From Eledone cirrhosa (lineage: Eukaryota), in the NCBI GenBank assembly GCA_964016885.1, contig OZ024741.1, positions 261,144,001 to 261,208,000 on the forward strand: 64,000 bases of DNA. The letters run 5' to 3'. This document shows positions 38,901 through 54,600 of the stretch, piece after piece (within the stretch, counting starts at the first letter, position 1; every line of letters starts with the position of its first letter). Position numbers and translations under genes: made by a program. A model generated the notes under the pieces. That model saw only the letters and a program-made list of their open reading frames with translations, did not search any database and had not been told where the DNA came from.

Positions 38901-40693
38901 TCGGCTTATGAGTGTTTCGACTTACGAGTGTTTCGGCTTACGAGTGTTTCGACTTATGGGTGTTTCGACTTACGAGTGTTTTTACTTACGGTGTTTCGGC
39001 TTACGAGTGTTTCGACATACGAGTGTTCAGACTTACGAGTGTTCCGACCTACGAGCGTTCCGACTTACAAGTGTTTCGATTACGAGTGTTAAGACTTACG
39101 GGTGTTTTGACATACGAGTGTTTCAATACGTGTGTTTCGACTTACGAGTGTTACGAGTGTTCTGACTTACGAGTGTTCTGACTTCCGAGTGTTCTGACTT
39201 ACGAGTGTTCTGACTTACGAGTGTTCTGACTTACGAGCGTTCTGACTTACGAGTGTTCCGACTTACGAGTGTTTCGGCTTACGAGTGTTTCGACTTACGA
39301 ATGTTTTGGCTTACGAGTGTTTCGGCTTACGAGTGTTTCGACTTACGAGTGTTTCGACTTACGAGTGTTTTGACTTACGGTGTTTCGGCTTACGAGTGTT
39401 TCGACATACGAGTGTTTTGACGTACGGGTGTTTCGACTTACGGGTGTTTCGACTTAAGAGTGTTTCGACTTACGAGCGCTTCGACTTACGAGTGTTTCGA
39501 CTTACGAGTGTTTCGGCGTATGAGTGTTTTGACTTACGAGTGTTTCGACTTACGAGTGTTTCGACTTACGAGTGTTTCGACTTACGAGTGTTTCGACTTA
39601 CGAGTGTTTTGACTTACGAGTGTTTTGACTAACGGTGTTTCTGCTTACGAGTGTTTCGACTTACGAGTGTTATGACTTACGTGTGTTTTGACATACGAGT
39701 GTTTCGATACGAGTGTTTCGACTTACGAGTGTTACGAGTGTTCTGACTTACGAGTGTTTCGACTTACGAGTGTTCTGACCTACGAGTGTTCTGACTTACG
39801 AGTGTTTCGACTTACGAGTGTTTTGACTTACGGGTGTTTCGACTTACGAGTGTTTCGAGTTACGAGTGTTTCGAGTTACGAGTGTTTCGACTTACGAGTG
39901 TTTTTACTTACGAATGTTCTGAATTACAGGTGTTTCGGCTTACGAGTGTTTCGACTTACGAGTGTTTTAACTTACGGGTGTTTCTACTTACGCGTGTTTC
40001 GACTTGCAAGTGTTTCGACTTACGAGTGTTTCGACTTGCAAGTGTTTCGACTTACGAGTGTTTCGACTACGAATGTTCCGACTTACGAGTGTTTCGACTT
40101 ACGAGTGTTTCGACTTACGAGTGTTCTGACTTACGGGTGTTCCGACTTACGAGTGTTTCGGCTTACGATTGTTTTGACTTACGATTGTTTTGGCTTACGA
40201 ATGTTTCGACTTACGAGTGTTTCGACTTACGAGTGTTTTGACTTACGATTGTTTGGACTTACGGGTGTTTTGACATAAGAGTGTTTCGATACGAGTGTTC
40301 TGACTTACGAGTGTTCTGACTTACGAGTGTTCTGACTTACGAGTGTTCTGACTTACGGGTGTTCTGACTTACGAGTGTTTCGGCTTATGAGGGTTTCGAC
40401 TTACGAGTGCTTCGGCTTACAAGTGTTTCGACCTACGAGTGTTTCGGCTTACGAGTGTTTTGACTTACGAATGTTTTGGCTTACGAGTGTTTCGGCTTAC
40501 GAGTGTTTCGAATTACGAGTGTTTCGACTTACGAGTGTTTTGACTTACGGTGTTTCGGCTTACGAGTGTTTCGACTTACGAGTGTTTTAACTTACGGGTG
40601 TTTCGACTTACGCGTGTTTCGACTTACGAATGTTCCGACTTACGAGTGTTTCGACTTACGAGTGTTTCGGCTTACGAGTGTTTCGATTTACGA

Positions 40694-40762
40694 AAATAAC
40701 AAGTAGACGCGGTTTCAAATATCTATGCTTTTCAAATTCATTACATTAATCTTTATTTATAC
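40694..40762. repeat. 69-bp AT-rich island, copy 9 (GATTTACG flank)
   Basis: Same sequence, offset +4,773 from copy 8. Confidence 0.95.
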
Positions 40763-43714
40763 GTTTCGCTTTACGAGTGTTTCGGCGTACGAGTGTTTCG
40801 ACTTACGAGTATTCTGACTTACGAGTGTTCCGACTTACGCGCGTTCCGACTTACGAGTGTTTCGGCTTACGAGTGTTCCGACTTACGAGTGTTTCGACTT
40901 ACGAGTGTTTTGACTTACGGTGTTTCGGCTTACGAGTGTTTTGACTTACGAGTGTTTTGACTTACGGGTGTTTTGACATACGAGTGTTTCGATACGAGTG
41001 TTCTGACTTACGGGTGTTCTGACTTACGAGTGTTCTGACTTACGAGTGGTCTGACTTACGGGTGTTCTTACTTACGAGTGTTCCGACTTACGAGTGTTTC
41101 AGCTTATGAGTGTTTCGACTTACGAGTGTTTCGGCATACGAGTGTTTCGACTCACGAATGTTTTGGCTTACGAGTGTTCTGACTTACGAGTGTTCCGACT
41201 TACGACTGTTTCGACTTACGAGCGTTTCGACTTACGAGTATTCTGACTTACGAGTGTTTCGACTTACGAGTGTTTTGAATTACGATTGTTTCGGCTTACG
41301 AGTGTTACGACTTACGAGTATTTCGACTTACGAGTTTTTTTACTTACGGTGTTTCGGCTTACGAGTGTTTCGACTTACGAGTGTTTTGACTTACGGGTGT
41401 TTTGACATACGAGTGTTTCGATACGAGTGCTCTGACTTACGAGTGTTCTGACTTACGAGTGTTCTGACTTACGAGTGTTCTGACTTACGGGTGTTCTGAC
41501 TTACGTGTTCCGACTTATGAGTGTTTAGGCTTACGGGTGTTTCGACTTACGAGTGTTTCGACTTACGAGTGTTTTGACTTACGGTGTTTCGGCTTACGAT
41601 TTATTCGACATACGAGTGTTTCGACTTACGGGTGTTTCGACTTACGGGTGTTTCGACTTACGGGTGTTTCGACTTACGAGTGTTTCGACTTATGAGTGTT
41701 TCGACTTACGAGTGTTCTGACTTACGAGTGTTCTGACTTACGAGTGTTCCGACTTACGAGTGTTTCGGTTTACGAGTGTTTCGACATACGAGTGTTTTGA
41801 CTTACGGGTGTTTCGACTTACGGGTGTTTCGACTTACGAGTGTTTCGGCTTACGAGTGTTTCGACTTACTAATGTTTTTACTTACAAGTGTTTCGGTGTA
41901 CGAGTGTTTCGACTTAAGGATGTTTCGACTTGCGAGTGTTTCGCCTTACGTGTGTTTCGGCTTACGTGAGTTTCGACTTAAGAGTGTTCTGATTTACGAG
42001 TGTTCTGACTTGCGGGTGTTCTGATTTACGAGTGTTCCGACTTACGAGTGTTTTGGCTTATGAGTGTTTCGACTTACGAGTGTTTCGGCTTACGAGTGTT
42101 TCGACTTATGGGTGTTTCGACTTACGAGTGTTTTTACTTACGGTGTTTCGGCTTACGAGTGTTTCGACATACGAGTGTTCAGACTTACGAGTGTTCCGAC
42201 TTACGAGCGTTCCGACTTACAAGTGTTTCGATTACGAGTGTTAAGACTTACGGGTGTTTTGACATACGAGTGTTTCGATACGTGTGTTTCGACTTACGAG
42301 TGTTACGAGTGTTCTGACTTACGAGTGTTCTGACTTCCGAGTGTTCTGACTTACGAGTGTTCTGACTTACGAGTGTTCTGACTTACGAGCGTTCTGACTT
42401 ACGAGTGTTACGACTTACGAGTGTTTCGGCTTATGAGTGTTTCGACTTACGAGTGTTCTGACTTACGAGTGTTCCGACTTACGAGCGTTCCGACTTACGA
42501 GTGTTTTGACTTACGGTGTTTCTGCTTACGAGTGTTTCGACTTACGAGTGTTAAGACTTACGGGTGTTTTGACATACGAGTGTTTCGATACGAGTGTTTC
42601 GACTTACGAGTGTTACGAGCGTTCTGACTTACGAGTGTTTCGACTTACGATTGTTTTTTTCACTTACGGGTGTTTCGACTTACGCGTGTTTCGATTTACG
42701 AGTGTTTAGACTTACGAGTGTTTCGACTACGAATGTTCCGACTTACGAGTGTTTCGACTTACGAGTGTTTCGACTTACGGGTGTTCCGACTTACGAGTGT
42801 TTCGGCTTACGATTGTTTCGATTTACGAGTGTTTCGGTTTACGAGTGTTTCGACTTACGGGTGTTTTGACTTACGATTGTTTGGGCTTACGAATGTTTCG
42901 ACTTACGAGTGTTTCGACTTACGAGTGTTTTGACTTACGGTGTTTCGGCTTACGAGTGTTTTGACTTACGAGTGTTTTGACTTACGGGTGTTTTGACATA
43001 CGAGTGTTTCGATACGAGTGTTCTGACTTACGAGTGTTCTGACTTACGAGTGTTCTGACTTACGAGTGTTCTGACTTACGAGTGGTCTGACTTACGGGTG
43101 TTCTGACTTACGAGTGTTCCGACTTACGAGTGTTTCAGCTTATGAGTGTTTCGACTTACGAGTGCTTCGGTTTCCGAGTGTTTCGACTTACGAATGTTTC
43201 GGCTTACGAGTGTTTCGACTTACGAATATTTTGGCTTACGAGTGTTTCGGCTTACGAGTGTTTCGGCTTATGAGTGTTTCGACTTACGAGTGTTTTGACT
43301 TATGGTGTTTCGGCTTACGAGTGTTTCGACATACGAGTGTTTTGACTTACGGGGGTTTCGACTTACGGGTGTTTCGACGTAAGAGTGTTTCGACTTACGA
43401 GCGCTTCGACTTACGAGTGTTTCGACTTACGAGTGTTTCGGCGTACGAGTGTTTTAACTTACGAGTGTTTCGACTTACGAGTGCTTTGACTTACGAATGT
43501 TTTGAATTACTTCGACTTACGAGTGATCTGACTTACGAGTGTTCCTACTTACGAGTGTTTCGACTTACGAGTGTTTCGACTTACGAGTGTTCTGACTTAC
43601 GAGTGTTTTGACTTACGAGTGTTCCGACTTACGAGTGTTTCGACTTACGAGTGTTTTGACTTACGAATGTTCTGACTTACGGGTGTTTCGCCTTACGAGT
43701 GTTTCGACTTACGA

Positions 43715-43783
43715 AAATAACAAGTAGACGCGGTTTCAAATATCTATGCTTTTCAAATTCATTACATTAATCTTTATTTATAC
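43715..43783. repeat. 69-bp AT-rich island, copy 10
   Basis: Same sequence. The upstream flank is shorter than that of copy 3. Confidence 0.95.
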
Positions 43784-46700
43784 GTTTCGCTTTACGAGTG
43801 TTTCGGCGTACGAGTGTTTCGACTTACGAGTGTTTTAACTTACGGTTCTTTCGACTTACGCGTTTTTCGACTACGAATGTTCCGACTTACGAGTGTTTCG
43901 ACTTACGAGTGCTTTGACTTACGAATGTTTTGACTTCGACTTACGAGTGATCTGACTTACGAGTGTTCCTACTTACGAGTGTTTCGACTTACGAGTGTTT
44001 CGACTTGCGAGTGTTTCGACTTACGAATGTTTTGACTTACGAATGTTTTGACTTACGGGTGTTTCGGCTTACGGCTGTTTCGACTTACGAGTGTTTCGAC
44101 TTAGGAGTGTTCTGACTTACGAGTGTTCTGACTTACGAGTGTTCTGACTTACGAGTGTTCCGACTTACGAGTGTTTCGGTTTACGAGTGTTTCGACATAC
44201 GAGTGTTTTGACTTACGGGTGTTTCGACTTACGGGTGTTTCGACTTACGAGTGTTTCGGCTTACGAGAGTTTCGACTTACTAATGTTTTTACTTACGAGT
44301 GTTTCGGTGTACGAATGTTTTGACTTAAGGATGTTTCGTCTTACGAGTGTTTCGACTTACGAGTGTTTCGGCTACGTGAGTTTCGACTTAAGAGTGTTCT
44401 GATTTACGAGTGTTCTGACTTGCGGGTGTTCTGATTTACGAGTGTTCCGACTTACGAGTGTTTCGGCTTATGAGTGTTTCGACTTACGAGTGTTTCGGCT
44501 TACGAGTGTTTCGACTTATGGGTGTTTCGACTTACGAGTGTTTTTACTTAGTGTTTCGGCTTACGAGTGTTTCGACATACGAGTGTTTTGACTTACGGGT
44601 GTTTCGGCTTACGAGTGTTTCGACTTACGAGTGTTTCGGCTTACGAGTGTTTCGATTACTAATGTTTTTACTTACGAGTGTTTCGGCGTACGAGAGTTTT
44701 GACTTACGAGTGTTTCGACTTACGAGTGTTTTGACTTACGAATGTTTTGACTTACGGGTGTTTCGGCTTATGAGTGTTTCGACTTACGAGTCTTTCGGCT
44801 TACGAGTGTTTCGACTTATTAATGTTTTTACTTACGAGTGTTTCGGCGTACGAGTGTTTCGACTTACGGGTGTTTTGACTTACGGGTGTTTCGGCTTACG
44901 AGTGTTTCGACTTACGAGTGTTTTGACTTAAGGGTGTTTCGACTTACGAGTATTTTTGGCTTACGAGTGTTTCGACTTACGAGTGTTTCGACGTACGAGT
45001 GTTTCGGCTTACGATTGTTTCGACTTACGAGTGTTTCGGTTTACGAGTGTTTCGACTTATGAGTGTTTCGACTTACGAGTGTTTCGGCTTACGAGTGTTT
45101 CGACTTATGGGTGTTTCGACTTACGAGTGTTTTTACTTACGGTGTTTCGGCTTACGAGTGTTTTGACTTACGAGTGTTTTGACTTACGGGTGTTTCGGTT
45201 TACGAGTGTTTCGACTTACGAGTATTCTGACTTACGAGTGTTCCGACTTACGAGCGTTCCGACTTACGAGTGTTTCGGCTTACGAGTGTTCCGACTTACG
45301 AGTGTTTCGACTTACGAGTGTTTTGACTTACGGTGTTTCGGCTTACGAGTGTTTTGACTTACGAGTGTTTTGACTTACGGGTGTTTTGACATACGAGTGT
45401 TTCGATACGAGTGTTCTGACTTACGGGTGTTCTGACTTACGAGTGTTCTGACTTACGAGTGGTCTGACTTACGGGTGTCCTTACTTACGAGTGTTCCGAC
45501 TTACGAGTGTTTCAGCTTATGAGTGGTTCGACTTACGAGTGTTTCGGCATACGAGTGTTTCGACTTACGAATGTTTTGGCTTACGAGTGTTCTGACTTAC
45601 GAGTGTTCCGACTTACGACTGTTTCGACTTACGAGTGTTTCGACTTACGAGTATTCTGACTTACGAGTGTTTCGACTTACGAGTGTTTTGAATTACGATT
45701 GTTTCGGCTTACGAGTTTTTCGACTTACGAGTATTTCGACTTACGAGTTTTTTTACTTACGGTGTTTCGGCTTACGAGTGTTTTGACTTACGAGTGTTTT
45801 GACTTACGGGTGTTTTGACATACGAGTGTTTCGATACGAGTGCTCTGACTTACGAGTGTTCTGACTTACGAGTGTTCTGACTTACGAGTGTTCTGACTTA
45901 CGGGTGTTCTGACTTACGTGTTCCGACTTACGAGTGTTTCGGTTATGGGTGTTTCGACTTACGAGTGTTTCGACTTACGAATGTTTTGGCTTACGAGTGT
46001 TTAGGCTTACGGGTGTTTCGACTTACGAGTGTTTCGACTTACGAGTGTTTTGACTTACGGTGTTTCGGCTTACGATTTATTCGACATACGAGTGTTTCGA
46101 CTTACGGGTGTTTCGACTTACGGGTGTTTCGACTTACGAGTGTTTCGACTTACGAGTGTTTCGACTTATGAGTGTTTCGACTTACGAGTGTTCTGACTTA
46201 CGAGTGTTCTGACTTACGAGTGTTCCGACTTACGAGTGTTTCGGTTTACGAGTGTTTCGACATACGAGTGTTTTGACTTACGGGTGTTTCGACTTACGGG
46301 TGTTTCGACTTACGAGTGTTTCGGCTTACGAGTGTTTCGACTTACTAATGTTTTTACTTACGAGTGTTTCGGTGTACGAGTGTTTCGACTTAAGGATGTT
46401 TCGACTTGCGAGTGTTTCGCCTTACGTGTGTTTCGGCTTACGTGAGTTTCGACTTAAGAGTGTTCTGATTTACGAGTGTTCTGACTTGCGGGTGTTCTGA
46501 TTTACGAGTGTTCCGGCTTATGAGTGTTTCGACTTACGAGTGTTTCGGCTTACGAGTGTTTCGACTTATGGGTGTTTCGACTTACGAGTGTTTTTACTTA
46601 CGGTGTTTCGGCTTACGAGTGTTTCGACATACGAGTGTTCAGACTTACGAGTGTTCCGACCTACGAGCGTTCCGACTTACAAGTGTTTCGATTACGAGTG

Positions 46701-48366
46701 TTAAGACTTACGGGTGTTTTGACATACGAGTGTTTCGATACGTGTGTTTCGACTTACGAGTGTTACGAGTGTTCTGACTTACGAGTGTTCTGACTTCCGA
46801 GTGTTCTGACTTACGAGTGTTCTGACTTACGAGTGTTCTGACTTACGAGCGTTCTGACTTACGAGTGTTCCGACTTACGAGTGTTTCGGCTTACGAGTGT
46901 TTCGACTTACGAGTGTTCTGACTTACGAGTGTTCCGACTTACGAGCGTTCCGACTTACGAGTGTTTCGGCTTACAAGTGTTCCGACTTACGAGTGTTTCG
47001 ACTTACGAGTGTTTTGACTTACGGTGTTTCTGCTTACGAGTGTTTCGACTTACGAGTGTTAAGACTTACGGGTGTTTTGACATACGAGTGTTTCGATACG
47101 AGTGTTTCGACTTACGAGTGTTACGAGCGTTCTGACTTACGAGTGTTTCGACTTACGATTGTTTTTTTCACTTACGGGTGTTTCGACTTACGCGTGTTTC
47201 GATTTACGAGTGTTTAGACTTACGAGTGTTTCGACTACGAATGTTCCGACTTACGAGTGTTTCGACTTACGAGTGTTTCGACTTACGGGTGTTCCGACTT
47301 ACGAGTGTTTCGGCTTACGATTGTTTCGACTTACGAGTGTTTCGGTTTACGAGTGTTTCGACTTACGGGTGTTTTGACTTACGATTGTTTGGGCTTACGA
47401 ATGTTTCGACTTACGAGTGTTTCGACTTACGAGTGTTTTGACTTACGGTGTTTCGGCTTACGAGTGTTTTGACTTACGAGTGTTTTGACTTACGGGTGTT
47501 TTGACATACGAGTGTTTCGATACGAGTGTTCTGACTTACGAGTGTTCTGACTTACGAGTGTTCTGACTTACGAGTGTTCTGACTTACGAGTGGTCTGACT
47601 TACGGGTGTTCTGACTTACGAGTGTTCCGACTTACGAGTGTTTCAGCTTATGAGTGTTTCGACTTACGAGTGCTTCGGTTTCCGAGTGTTTCGACTTACG
47701 AATGTTTCGGCTTACGAGTGTTTCGACTTACGAATATTTTGGCTTACGAGTGTTTCGGCTTACGAGTGTTTCGGCTTATGAGTGTTTCGACTTACGAGTG
47801 TTTTGACTTATGGTGTTTCGGCTTACGAGTGTTTCGACATACGAGTGTTTTGACTTACGGGGGTTTCGACTTACGGGTGTTTCGACGTAAGAGTGTTTCG
47901 ACTTACGAGCGCTTCGACTTACGAGTGTTTCGACTTACGAGTGTTTCGGCGTACGAGTGTTTTAACTTACGAGTGTTTCGACTTACGAGTGCTTTGACTT
48001 ACGAATGTTTTGAATTACTTCGACTTACGAGTGATCTGACTTACGAGTGTTCCTACTTACGAGTGTTTCGACTTACGAGTGTTTCGACTTACGAGTGTTC
48101 TGACTTACGAGTGTTTTGACTTACGAGTGTTCCGACTTACGAGTGTTTCGACTTACGAGTGTTTTGACTTACGAATGTTCTGACTTACGGGTGTTTCGCC
48201 TTACGAGTGTTTCGACTTACGAGTGTTTTAACTTACGGGTGTTTCGACTTACGCGTGTTTCGACTTACAAGTGTTTCGACTTACGAGTGTTTCGACTTAC
48301 GAATGTTCCGACTTACGAGTGTTTCTACTTACGAGTGTTTCGGCTTACGAGTGTTTCGACTTACGA

Positions 48367-48435
48367 AAATAACAAGTAGACGCGGTTTCAAATATCTATG
48401 CTTTTCAAATTCATTACATTAATCTTTATTTATAC
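48367..48435. repeat. 69-bp AT-rich island, copy 11
   Basis: Same sequence. Confidence 0.95.
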
Positions 48436-51400
48436 GTTTCGCTTTACGAGTGTTTCGGCGTACGAGTGTTTCGACTTACGAGTGTTTTAACTTACGGTTG
48501 TTTCGACTTACGCGTTTTTCGACTACGAATGTTCCGACCTACGAGTGTTTCGACTTACGAGTGTTTCGACTTACGAGTGTTTTGACTTACGGTGTTTCGG
48601 CTTACGAGTGTTTTGACTTACGAGTGTTTTGACTTACGGGTGTTTTGACATACGAGTGTTTCGATACGAGTGTTCTGACTTACGGGTGTTCTGACTTACG
48701 AGTGTTCTGACTTACGAGTGGTCTGACTTACGGGTGTTCTTACTTACGAGTGTTCCGACTTACGAGTGTTTCAGCTTATGAGTGTTTCGACTTACGAGTG
48801 TTTCGGCATACGAGTGTTTCGACTTACGAATGTTTTGGCTTACGAGTGTTCTGACTTACGAGTGTTCCGACTTACGACTGTTTCGACTTACGAGTGTTTC
48901 GACTTACGAGTATTCTGACTTACGAGTGTTTCGACTTACGAGTGTTTTGAATTACGATTGTTTCGGCTTACGAGTGTTTCGACTTACGAGTATTTCGACT
49001 TACGAGTTTTTTTACTTACGGTGTTTCGGCTTACGAGTGTTTCGACTTACGAGTGTTTTGACTTACGGGTGTTTTGACATACGAGTGTTTCGATACGAGT
49101 GCTCTGCTTTACGAGTGTTCTGACTTACGAGTGTTCTGACTTACGAGTGTTCTGACTTACGGGTGTTCTGACTTACGTGTTCCGACTTACGAGTGTTTCG
49201 GTTATGGGTGTTTCGACTTACGAGTGTTTCGACTTACGAATGTTTTGGCTTACGAGTGTTTAGGCTTACGGGTGTTTCGACTTACGAGTGTTTCGACTTA
49301 CGAGTGTTTTGAATTACGGTGTTTCGGCTTACGATTTATTCGACATACGAGTGTTTCGACTTACGGGTGTTTCGACTTACGGGTGTTTCGACTTACGAGT
49401 GTTTCGACTTACGAGTGTTTCGACTTATGAGTGTTTCGATTTACGAGTGTTCTGACTTACGACTGTTCTGACTTACGAGTGTTCCGACTTACGAGTGTTT
49501 CGGTTTACGAGTGTTTCGACATACGAGTGTTTTGACTTACGGGTGTTTCGACTTACGGGTGTTTCGACTTACGAGTGTTTCGGCTTACGAGTGTTTCGAC
49601 TTACTAATGTTTTTACTTACGAGTGTTTCGGTGTACGAGTGTTTCGACTTAAGGATGTTTCGACTTGCGAGTGTTTCGCCTTACGTGTGTTTCGGCTTAC
49701 GTGAGTTTCGACTTAAGAGTGTTCTGATTTACGAGTGTTCTGACTTGCGGGTGTTCTGATTTACGAGTGTTCCGACTTACGAGTGTTTCGGCTTATGAGT
49801 GTTTCGACTTACGAGTGTTTCGGCTTACGAGTGTTTCGACTTATGGGTGTTTCGACTTACGAGTGTCTTTACTTACGGTGTTTCGGCTTACGAGTGTTTC
49901 GACATACGAGTGTTCAGACTTACGAGTGTTCCGACTTACGAGCGTTCCGACTTACAAGTGTTTCGATTACGAGTGTTAAGACTTACGGGTGTTTTGACAT
50001 ACGAGTGTTTCGATACGTGTGTTTCGACTTACGAGTGTTACGAGTGTTCTGACTTACGAGTGTTCTGACTTCCGAGTGTTCTGACTTACGAGTGTTCTGA
50101 CTTACGAGTGTTCTGACTTACGAGCGTTCTGACTTACGAGTGTTCCGACTTACGAGTGTTTCGGCTTACGAGTGTTTCGACTTACGAGTGTTCTGACTTA
50201 CGAGTGTTCCGACTTACGAGCGTTCCGACTTACGAGTGTTTCGGCTTACAAGTGTTCCGACTTACGAGTGTTTCGACTTACGAGTGTTTTGACTTACGGT
50301 GTTTCTGCTTACGAGTGTTTCGACTTACGAGTGTTAAGACTTACGGGTGTTTTGACATACGAGTGTTTCGATACGAGTGTTTCGACTTACGAGTGTTACG
50401 AGCGTTCTGACTTACGAGTGTTTCGACTTACGATTGTTTTTTTCACTTACGGGTGTTTCGACTTACGCGTGTTCCGACTTACGAGTGTTTCGACTTACGA
50501 GTGTTTCGACTTACGGGTGTTCCGACTTACGAGTGTTTCGGCTTACGATTGTTTCGACTTACGAGTGTTTCGGTTTACGAGTGTTTCGACTTACGGGTGT
50601 TTTGACTTACGATTGTTTGGGCTTACGAATGTTTCGACTTACGAGTGTTTCGACTTACGAGTGTTTTGACTTACGGTGTTTCGGCTTACGAGTGTTTTGA
50701 CTTACGAGTGTTTTGACTTACGGGTGTTTTGACATACGAGTGTTTCGATACGAGTGTTCTGACTTACGAGTGTTCTGACTTACGAGTGTTCTGACTTACG
50801 AGTGTTCTGACTTACGAGTGGTCTGACTTACGGGTGTTCTGACTTACGAGTGTTCCGACTTACGAGTGTTTCAGCTTATGAGTGTTTCGACTTACGAGTG
50901 CTTCGGTTTCCGAGTGTTTCGACTTACGAATGTTTCGGCTTACGAGTGTTTCGACTTACGAATATTTTGGCTTACGAGTGTTTCGGCTTACGAGTGTTTC
51001 GGCTTATGAGTGTTTCGACTTACGAGTGTTTTGACTTATGGTGTTTCGGCTTACGAGTGTTTCGACATACGAGTGTTTTGACTTACGGGGGTTTCGACTT
51101 ACGGGTGTTTCGACGTAAGAGTGTTTCGACTTACGAGCGCTTCGACTTACGAGTGTTTCGACTTACGAGTGTTTCGGCGTACGAGTGTTTTAACTTACGA
51201 GTGTTTCGACTTACGAGTGCTTTGACTTACGAATGTTTTGAATTACTTCGACTTACGAGTGATCTGACTTACGAGTGTTCCTACTTACGAGTGTTTCGAC
51301 TTACGAGTGTTTCGACTTACGAGTGTTCTGACTTACGAGTGTTTTGACTTACGAGTGTTCCGACTTACGAGTGTTTCGACTTACGAGTGTTTTGACTTAC

Positions 51401-51594
51401 GAATGTTCTGACTTACGGGTGTTTCGCCTTACGAGTGTTTCGACTTACGAGTGTTTTAACTTACGGGTGTTTCGACTTACGCGTGTTTCGACTTACAAGT
51501 GTTTCGACTTACGAGTGTTTCGACTTACGAATGTTCCGACTTACGAGTGTTTCTACTTACGAGTGTTTCGGCTTACGAGTGTTTCGACTCACGA

Positions 51595-51663
51595 AAATAA
51601 CAAGTAGACGCGGTTTCAAATATCTATGCTTTTCAAATTCATTACATTAATCTTTATTTATAC
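51595..51663. repeat. 69-bp AT-rich island, copy 12 (GACTCACG flank)
   Basis: Same sequence. Confidence 0.95.
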
Positions 51664-54600
51664 GTTTCGCTTTACGAGTGTTTCGACTTACGAGTGTTTT
51701 AACTTACGGTTGTTTCGACTTACGCGTTTTTCGACTACGAATGTTCCGACTTACGAGTGTTTCGACTTACGAGTGCTTTGACTTACGAATGTTTTGACTT
51801 CGACTTACGAGTGATCTGACTTACGAGTGTTCCTACTTACGAGTGTTTCGACTTACGAGTGTTTCGACTTGCGAGTATTTCGACTTACGAGTGTTTTGAC
51901 TTACGAATGTTTTGACTTACGGGTGTTTCGGCTTACGGGTGTTTCGACTTACGAGTGTTTCGACTTACGAGTGTTCTGACTTACGAGTGTTCTGACTTAC
52001 GAGTGTTCTGACTTACGAGTGTTCCGACTTACGAGTGTTTCGGTTTACGAGTGTTTCGACATACGAGTGTTTTGACTTACGGGTGTTTCGACTTACGGGT
52101 GTTTCGACTTACGAGTGTTTCGGCTTACGAGAGTTTCGACTTACTAATGTTTTTACTTACGAGTGTTTCGGTGTACGAATGTTTTGACTTAAGGATGTTT
52201 CGACTTACGAGTGTTTCGACTTACGAGTGTTTCGGCTTACGTGAGTTTCGACTTAAGAGTGTTCTGATTTACGAGTGTTCTGACTTGCGGGTGTTCTGAT
52301 TTACGAGTGTTCCGACTTACGAGTGTTTCGGCTTATGAGTGTTTCGACTTACGAGTGTTTCGGCTTACGAGTGTTTCGACTTATGGGTGTTTCGACTTAC
52401 GAGTGTTTTTACTTACAGTGTTTCGGCTTACGAGTGTTTCGACATACGAGTGTTTTGACTTACGGGTGTTTCGGCTTACGAGTGTTTCGACTTACGAGTG
52501 TTTCGGCTTACGAGTGTTTCGATTACTAATGTTTTTACTTACGAGTGTTTCGGCGTACGAGAGTTTTGACTTACGAGTGTTTTGACTTACGAATGTTTTG
52601 ACTTACGGGTGTTTCGGCTTATGAGTGTTTCGACTTACGAGTCTTTCGGCTTACGAGTGTTTCGACTTATTAATGTTTTTACTTACGAGTGTTTCGGCGT
52701 ACGAGTGTTTCGACTTACGGGTGTTTTGACTTACGGGTGTTTCGGCTTACGAGTGTTTCGACTTACGAGCGTTTTGACTTAAGGGTGTTTCGACTTACGA
52801 GTATTTTTGGCTTACGAGTGTTTCGACTTACGAGTGTTTCGACTTACGAGTGTTTCGGCTTACGATTGTTTCGACTTACGAGTGTTTCGGTTTACGAGTG
52901 TTTCGACTTATGAGTGTTTCGACTTACGAGTGTTTCGGCTTACGAGTGTTTCGACTTATGGGTGTTTCGACTTACGAGTGTTTTTACTTAGGGTGTTTCG
53001 GCTTACGGGTGTTTCGACTTACGAGTGTTTCGGCTTACGAGTGTTTCGACTTACTAATGTTTTTACTTACGAGTGTTTCGGTGTACGAGTGTTTCGACTT
53101 AAGGATGTTTCGACTTGCGAGTGTTTCGCCTTACGTGTGTTTCGGCTTACGTGAGTTTCGACTTAAGAGTGTTCTGATTTACGAGTGTTCTGACTTGCGG
53201 GTGTTCTGATTTACGAGTGTTCCGACTTACGAGTGTTTCGGCTTATGAGTGTTTCGACTTACGAGTGTTTCGGCTTACGAGTGTTTCGACTTATGGGTGT
53301 TTCGACTTACGAGTGTTTTTACTTACGGTGTTTCGGCTTACGAGTGTTTCGACATACGAGTGTTCAGACTTACGAGTGTTCCGACTTACGAGCGTTCCGA
53401 CTTACAAGTGTTTCGATTACGAGTGTTAAGACTTACGGGTGTTTTGACATACGAGTGTTTCGATACGTGTGTTTCGACTTACGAGTGTTACGAGTGTTCT
53501 GACTTACGAGTGTTCTGACTTCCGAGTGTTCTGACTTACGAGTGTTCTGACTTACGAGTGTTCTGACTTACGAGCGTTCTGACTTACGAGTGTTCCGACT
53601 TACGAGTGTTTCGGCTTACGAGTGTTTCGACTTACGAGTGTTCTGACTTACGAGTGTTCCGACTTACGAGCGTTCCGACTTACGAGTGTTTCGGCTTACA
53701 AGTGTTCCGACTTACGAGTGTTTCGACTTACGAGTGTTTTGACTTACGGTGTTTCTGCTTACGAGTGTTTCGACTTACGAGTGTTAAGACTTACGGGTGT
53801 TTTGACATACGAGTGTTTCGATACGAGTGTTTCGACTTACGAGTGTTACGAGCGTTCTGACTTACGAGTGTTTCGACTTACGATTGTTTTTTTCACTTAC
53901 GGGTGTTTCGACTTACGCGTGTTCCGACTTACGAGTGTTTCGACTTACGAGTGTTTCGACTTACGGGTGTTCCGACTTACGAGTGTTTCGGCTTACGATT
54001 GTTTCGACTTACGAGTGTTTCGGTTTACGAGTGTTTCGACTTACGGGTGTTTTGACTTACGATTGTTTGGGCTTACGAATGTTTCGACTTACGAGTGTTT
54101 CGACTTACGAGTGTTTTGACTTACGGTGTTTCGGCTTACGAGTGTTTTGACTTACGAGTGTTTTGACTTACGGGTGTTTTGACATACGAGTGTTTCGATA
54201 CGAGTGTTCTGACTTACGAGTGTTCTGACTTACGAGTGTTCTGACTTACGAGTGTTCTGACTTACGAGTGGTCTGACTTACGGGTGTTCTGACTTACGAG
54301 TGTTCCGACTTACGAGTGTTTCAGCTTATGAGTGTTTCGACTTACGAGTGCTTCGGTTTCCGAGTGTTTCGACTTACGAATGTTTCGGCTTACGAGTGTT
54401 TCGACTTACGAATATTTTGGCTTACGAGTGTTTCGGCTTACGAGTGTTTCGGCTTATGAGTGTTTCGACTTACGAGTGTTTTGACTTATGGTGTTTCGGC
54501 TTACGAGTGTTTCGACATACGAGTGTTTTGACTTACGGGGGTTTCGACTTACGGGTGTTTCGACGTAAGAGTGTTTCGACTTACGAGCGCTTCGACTTAC

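Larger units (their letters stand above)
32102..41662 (+). repeat. 4,773-bp near-perfect tandem duplication
   Basis: Constant offset of 4,773 (32468/37241, 34915/39688, 36337/41110). The rare GGGTGTTTCAAC variant occurs at both 32157 and 36930. Confidence 0.92.
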